Shown here: piece after piece, positions 59,655 to 64,000 of the stretch
Numbering within the stretch: the stretch's first letter is position 1
Layout: the number at the start of each line of letters is the position of its first letter
Assembly (NCBI GenBank): GCA_950097015.1
Contig: CATNEN010000024.1
Location: 5,208,001-5,272,000, forward strand
Direction: 5' to 3'
DNA length: 64,000 nt
DNA from: Macrostomum hystrix
Lineage: Eukaryota > Animalia > Platyhelminthes
The notes under the pieces: model-generated
What the model was told of the DNA's origin: nothing
Seen by the model: only the letters and a program-made list of their open reading frames with translations
Database searches by the model: none
Position numbers and translations under genes: made by a program

Positions 59655-60727
59655 AGCACAAGGAGGAATCCGGCGGGCAGCGGGTGCACAAGCGACTAGA
59701 GCGAATCTTCCAGCTGCCCGACGGCACCAAGCTGGAGCAGGTGGTGAGCAAGCTCAGCCACGACGGCCGGCTCTGCATCGAGGCGCCGTTCGAGGCGCCG
59801 CCCGCTCAGGAGAAGCCGCAGCTGAAGGAAGTTCCCATGGAGACTGAGAAGCCAGCCGAGTAGGCTGTTGCCATGGAGACGGACTTAAACTTTTATAAAC
59901 ATTGTCAATAGTTGAGTTAAGCAGTACAATTGAGCAATATAAGAATGTCTCTATTGGCATTGCCATGATGTGAATCCATATTGAATAAGCTTTTATTCCC
60001 GGTTTCTATATCTATTTAAAAAATTAGCCACATTGCAAGCTTTTATGCACGTGATTGTAAGACTTGCTTAAAACTAACTCGTAGTATTTACTTTTTCATT
60101 GTTGTTATTGTTATTGATTGGTAACTGCCGTTTTGTCGCCTATGAATAAACACGTAAAAAAAATATATTATTCACTCCACACAAAGCTGCTTTCAAAGAA
60201 AAAGTCTTTGACGCAAATTGTCTTCAATGTACTATTGGTTTGTGTATTCACGAGTAAGTGCAAATATTTCAGTGAAATTCACGGCACTCTGGCTTCAATA
60301 GGAGTATTGAAGGGAAAACGACATTTCTAATCAGTTCAACAGGTTAAAAGAAAAAAACTATAGCAAACTTCAAGGCGACAAAGTATAAGGAAAAAATGAG
60401 ATTTTAAAAAAAAAATAGAGGCGCATTTTTTTCTTGAAAAAAGTGTAGCGCAGAGTCGGCACTTGAAATGCACAGCGGCAACAAGCAGAATTATTAATTT
60501 CGATTCACCAGTCGAATGATTGTTTCACAATTCTAGAAGTCGACATTAGCCGACTAGTGCATGATCGTTCAATCCTTTTTTGATACCATTTTCACAAAGA
60601 TTGATTTCCCGTTGCACAACGCCACTCATGGCCTACAAATTCGAGTTTGAGATATGTCATGTTCAGTAATGAACTCTAACGACACTCATGAAGGAAAATT
60701 TATTATTAGAGGAAGCAGAAAAAAAGC

Positions 60728-63700
60728 TCATCGAATACTGACCATCTCATTGGCCCGCTGACGGCGCAAATCTGATTTGATGATGGCTGAAACACAATAT
60801 AGATTGGGGCGAGATTTGAATGACACCCATCAGCATACACCCCAAACCTGACACCCATCAGCATACACCCCAAACCTGACACTATCAGCATACACCCCAA
60901 ACCTGACACCCATCAGCATACACCCCAAACCTGACACCCATCAGTATACACCCCAAACCTGACACCATCAGCATACACCCCAAACCTGACACCCATCAGC
61001 ATACACCCCAAACCTGACACCATCAGCATACACCCCAAACCTGACACCCATCAGCATACACCCCAAACCTGACACCCATCAGCATACACCCCAAACCTGA
61101 CACCCATCAGCATACAACCCAAACCTGACACCCATCAGCATACACCCCAAACCTGACACCCATCAGCATACACCCCAAACCTGACACCCATCAGCATACA
61201 CCCCAAACCTGACACCCATCAGCATACACCCCAAACCTGACACCCATCAGCATACACCCCAAACCTGACACCCATCAGCATACACCCCAAACCTGACACC
61301 CATCAGCATACACCCCAAACCTGACACTATCAGCATACACCCCAAACCTGACACCCATCAGCATACACCCCAAACCTGACACCCATCAGCATACACCCCA
61401 AACCTGACACCCATCAGCATACACCCCAAACCTGACACCCATCAGCATACACCCCAAACCTGACACCCATCAGCATACAACCCAAACCTGACACCCATCA
61501 GCATACACCCCAAACCTGACACCCATCAGCATACAACCCAAACCTGACACCCATCAGCATACACCCCAAACCTGACACTATCAGCATACACCCCAAACCT
61601 GACACCCATCAGCATACACCCCAAACCTGACACTATCAGCATACACCCCAAACCTGACATCCATCAGCATACACCCCAAACCTGACACTATCAGCATACA
61701 CCCCAAACCTGACACCCATCAGCATACACCCCAAACCTGACACTATCAGCATACACCCCAAACCTGACACCCATCAGCATACACCCCAAACCTGACACCC
61801 ATCAGCATACACCCCAAACCTGACACCCATCAGCATACACCCCAAACCTGACACCCATCAGCATACACCCCAAACCTGACACCCATCAGCATACAACCCA
61901 AACCTGACACCCATCAGCATACACCCCAAACCTGACACCCATCAGCATACAACCCAAACCTGACACCCATCAGCATACACCCCAAACCTGACACTATCAG
62001 CATACACCCCAAACCTGACACCCATCAGCATACACCCCAAACCTGACACTATCAGCATACACCCCAAACCTGACATCCATCAGCATACACCCCAAACCTG
62101 ACACTATCAGCATACACCCCAAACCTGACACCCATCAGCATACACCCCAAACCTGACACCCATCAGCATACACCCCAAACCTGACACCCATCAGCATACA
62201 CCCCAAACCTGACACCCATCAGCATACACCCCAAACCTGGCACTATCAGCCTAATTGGTAGCGGTGATCCGGGTCTCACCCGTCAGGACGGAGCCGACAA
62301 CCAGCAGGCCGCAGAAGATGATGTTGCCAAGCAGGGCACTGTAGGCATCCACTACCATTCGGACAACAATGGTGCAGACTATACCCATCAGCTGCAATAA
62401 TTGATGAGGCGGTTGGCGCATGCAGATGGAGTTGGGATAGAAAACCATCTACTTCGTATTAACACCACAGGGGCATTTCAAATACCCACATCTTTCTTTT
62501 TCTGTATCTCGTAAAATATTCAACCAATCGCCTGAAAATCCAGAACATGGGTAGCGTGTTCTTTCTGTTGTGTCGTGCTATTGGTGATCCCTAAAAGGGC
62601 CGTTTTAGTGAAAAATAGGCTGTTGTCTTTTCATTTTACGCTACTCTCAGTAGACTGATATGTACGTGCTTTTCTTTAATCTGATTGCCTGGGCTGCTCA
62701 TTGGTTGTAATATCGATTGTAGGGTATTTTATACGTTTTGCTAAATAAAAAACTGACTCCGCGAGCGTGCTCAGCGATCTCGCGTATGTCTGGTTCAAGT
62801 GAACCCACAAATATTGACTTAAGCAAGGCAATATAACACTTTCTACTGTTAATACTAAATTAGTCCTAATTGGAAAGTCAGTCTCCCAATTTTCTTTCTA
62901 CAAACCTGAGCAGCCGCATTGAGAATGCCGGAGGACAGGCCCTCGTTCTCCGGGTAGGTGATCTCGGCTGCGAACTCGAATCCAACTGGCAGGTAGCCGG
63001 TCATGAAGAAGCCCAGCAGGAACATGGCGGCGAAGACAATCCACATGCTGGCAAGCGGCAGGGTCGCTGTGAAGGCGACCGTGCTCAGGCAGGACAGAAC
63101 GTAGATGGTCAGGATTGTAATCCTGCGGGCGAGTTTACGGCTTCAAACAGACTGGGACAGAACTGTCTGTGGGGACTGTCTGTGGGGACTGTCTGTGGGG
63201 ACTGTCTGTGGGGACTGTCTGTGGGGACTGTCTGTGGGGACTGTCTGTGGGGACTGTCTGTGGGGACTGTCTGTGGGGACTGTCTGTGGGGACTGTCTGA
63301 GGGGACAGAAATGTCTGTGGGGACAGAACTGTCTGTGGGGACAGAACTGTCTGTGGGGACTGTCTGTGGGGACTGTCTGTGGGGACTGTCTGTGGGGACT
63401 GTCTGTGGGGACTGTCTGAGGGGACAGAAATGTCTGTGGGGACAGAACTGTCTGTGGGGACTGTCTGTGGGGACTGTCTGTGGGGACTGTCTGTGGGGAC
63501 TGTCTGTGGGGACTGTCTGAGGAGACAGAAATGTCTGTGGGGACAGAACTGTCTGTGGGGACTGTCTGTGGGGACAGAACTGTCTGTGGGGACTGTCTGT
63601 GGGGACAGAACTGTCTGTGGGGACAGAACTGTCTGTGGGGACAGAACTGTCTGTGGGGACAGAACTGTCTGTGGGGACAGAACTGTCTGTGGGGACTGTC

Positions 63701-64000
63701 TGAGGGGACAGAAATGTCTGTGGGGACTGTCTGGGGGGACAGAACTGTCTGTGGGGACTGTCTGTGGGGACAGAACTGTCTGTGGGGACAGAACTGTCTG
63801 TGGGGACAGAACTGTCTGTGGGGACAGAACTGTTTGTGGGGACAGAACTGTCTGTGGGGACAGAACTGTCCGTGGGGACAGAATTGTATGGACAGACAGA
63901 CAGACGGGCAGGCAGGCAGGCAGCAGGCACCTACTTGAAAGCCCTGGTCTTGTCCAGCACACGGCCAGCCAGAAGGGATCCCAGAATTCCGGCGGCAATC
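60728..64000 (-). CDS. FLVCR: FLVCR/SLC49-family MFS transporter, 3' part (exons >64000-63935, 63122-62906, 62391-62280, 60786-60728)
   Basis: [36 protein letters not shown] and [10 protein letters not shown] match FLVCR1/2 motifs; phases are consistent; the terminal exon could instead splice at 60743. Confidence 0.9.
60825..62248. repeat. 27/28-bp intronic minisatellite (about 51 units)
   Basis: Unit CAGCATACACCCCAAACCTGACACCCAT. Confidence 0.96.
62464..62848. mobile_element. MITE, CAGTAGAA family, copy 3 (inverted, intronic)
   Basis: CATTTCAAATACCCACATC..AATATTCAACCAATCGCC is the reverse complement of copies 1/2; ends CTTTCTACTG|TTAA. Confidence 0.6.
63155..63885. repeat. 13/18-bp intronic minisatellite
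   Basis: Units GGGGACTGTCTGT and GGGGACAGAACTGTCTGT. Confidence 0.93.

Larger units (their letters stand above)
54435..59863 (+). pseudogene. Small heat-shock protein with two alpha-crystallin domains, disrupted by a 1-bp frameshift (~54935) and an LTR insertion (55040-59654)
   Basis: ACD1: VDLRGFSPKDVSVK..VELPEDVD..FTRDGMLVLQAP. ACD2: FKAELSVREFQPSEIRV..VEAEH|KEES..FQLPDG..LSHDGRLCIEAP, rejoined across the TSD. Confidence 0.88.

Noticed and set aside
62870-63998. Cys/Trp-rich and SPQT repeat ORFs
   Set aside because: Translation of the FLVCR intronic minisatellite.

Overview
Eukaryotic, repeat-rich genomic DNA. It has GC-rich exons, GT-AG introns that are often filled with minisatellites, poly-Q/poly-A tracts and a two-domain sHSP, so a free-living flatworm such as Macrostomum is plausible (inference only). 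Host genes: an orphan C-terminally anchored membrane protein (197-2533, +), two divergently oriented calmodulin-like 4-EF-hand paralogues (9923-10469 -, 16875-18106 +), NFKBIL1 (30502-32334 -), an NR5A/FTZ-F1 nuclear receptor whose LBD is complete but whose DBD I could not find (37159-39501 -), an intronless orphan ORF (43696-45027 -), a two-alpha-crystallin-domain small HSP disrupted by an intact Ty3/gypsy element with identical LTRs (54435-59863 +), and the 3' part of an FLVCR/SLC49 transporter (60728-64000 -). The most unusual block is a nested transposon at about 45.3-54.2 kb. A Crypton-type tyrosine-recombinase gene is split by a 7137-bp Mutator/Foldback-like element (9-bp TSD, about 1.4-1.5-kb inverted arms built from 189-bp tandem units). 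That element shows no transposase but carries a spliced Ulp1 peptidase + PHD finger gene with intact catalytic residues. Other notable signals: a SINE copy upstream of NR5A in which every CpG I could align is lost, mostly to TG/CA (a methylation-deamination footprint), exon-restricted near-identity between the CaM paralogues, and an RNase H-bearing LINE 3' end with a (CAA)15 tail inside a CAG array. All coordinates and splice models were read by eye, with no database searches.
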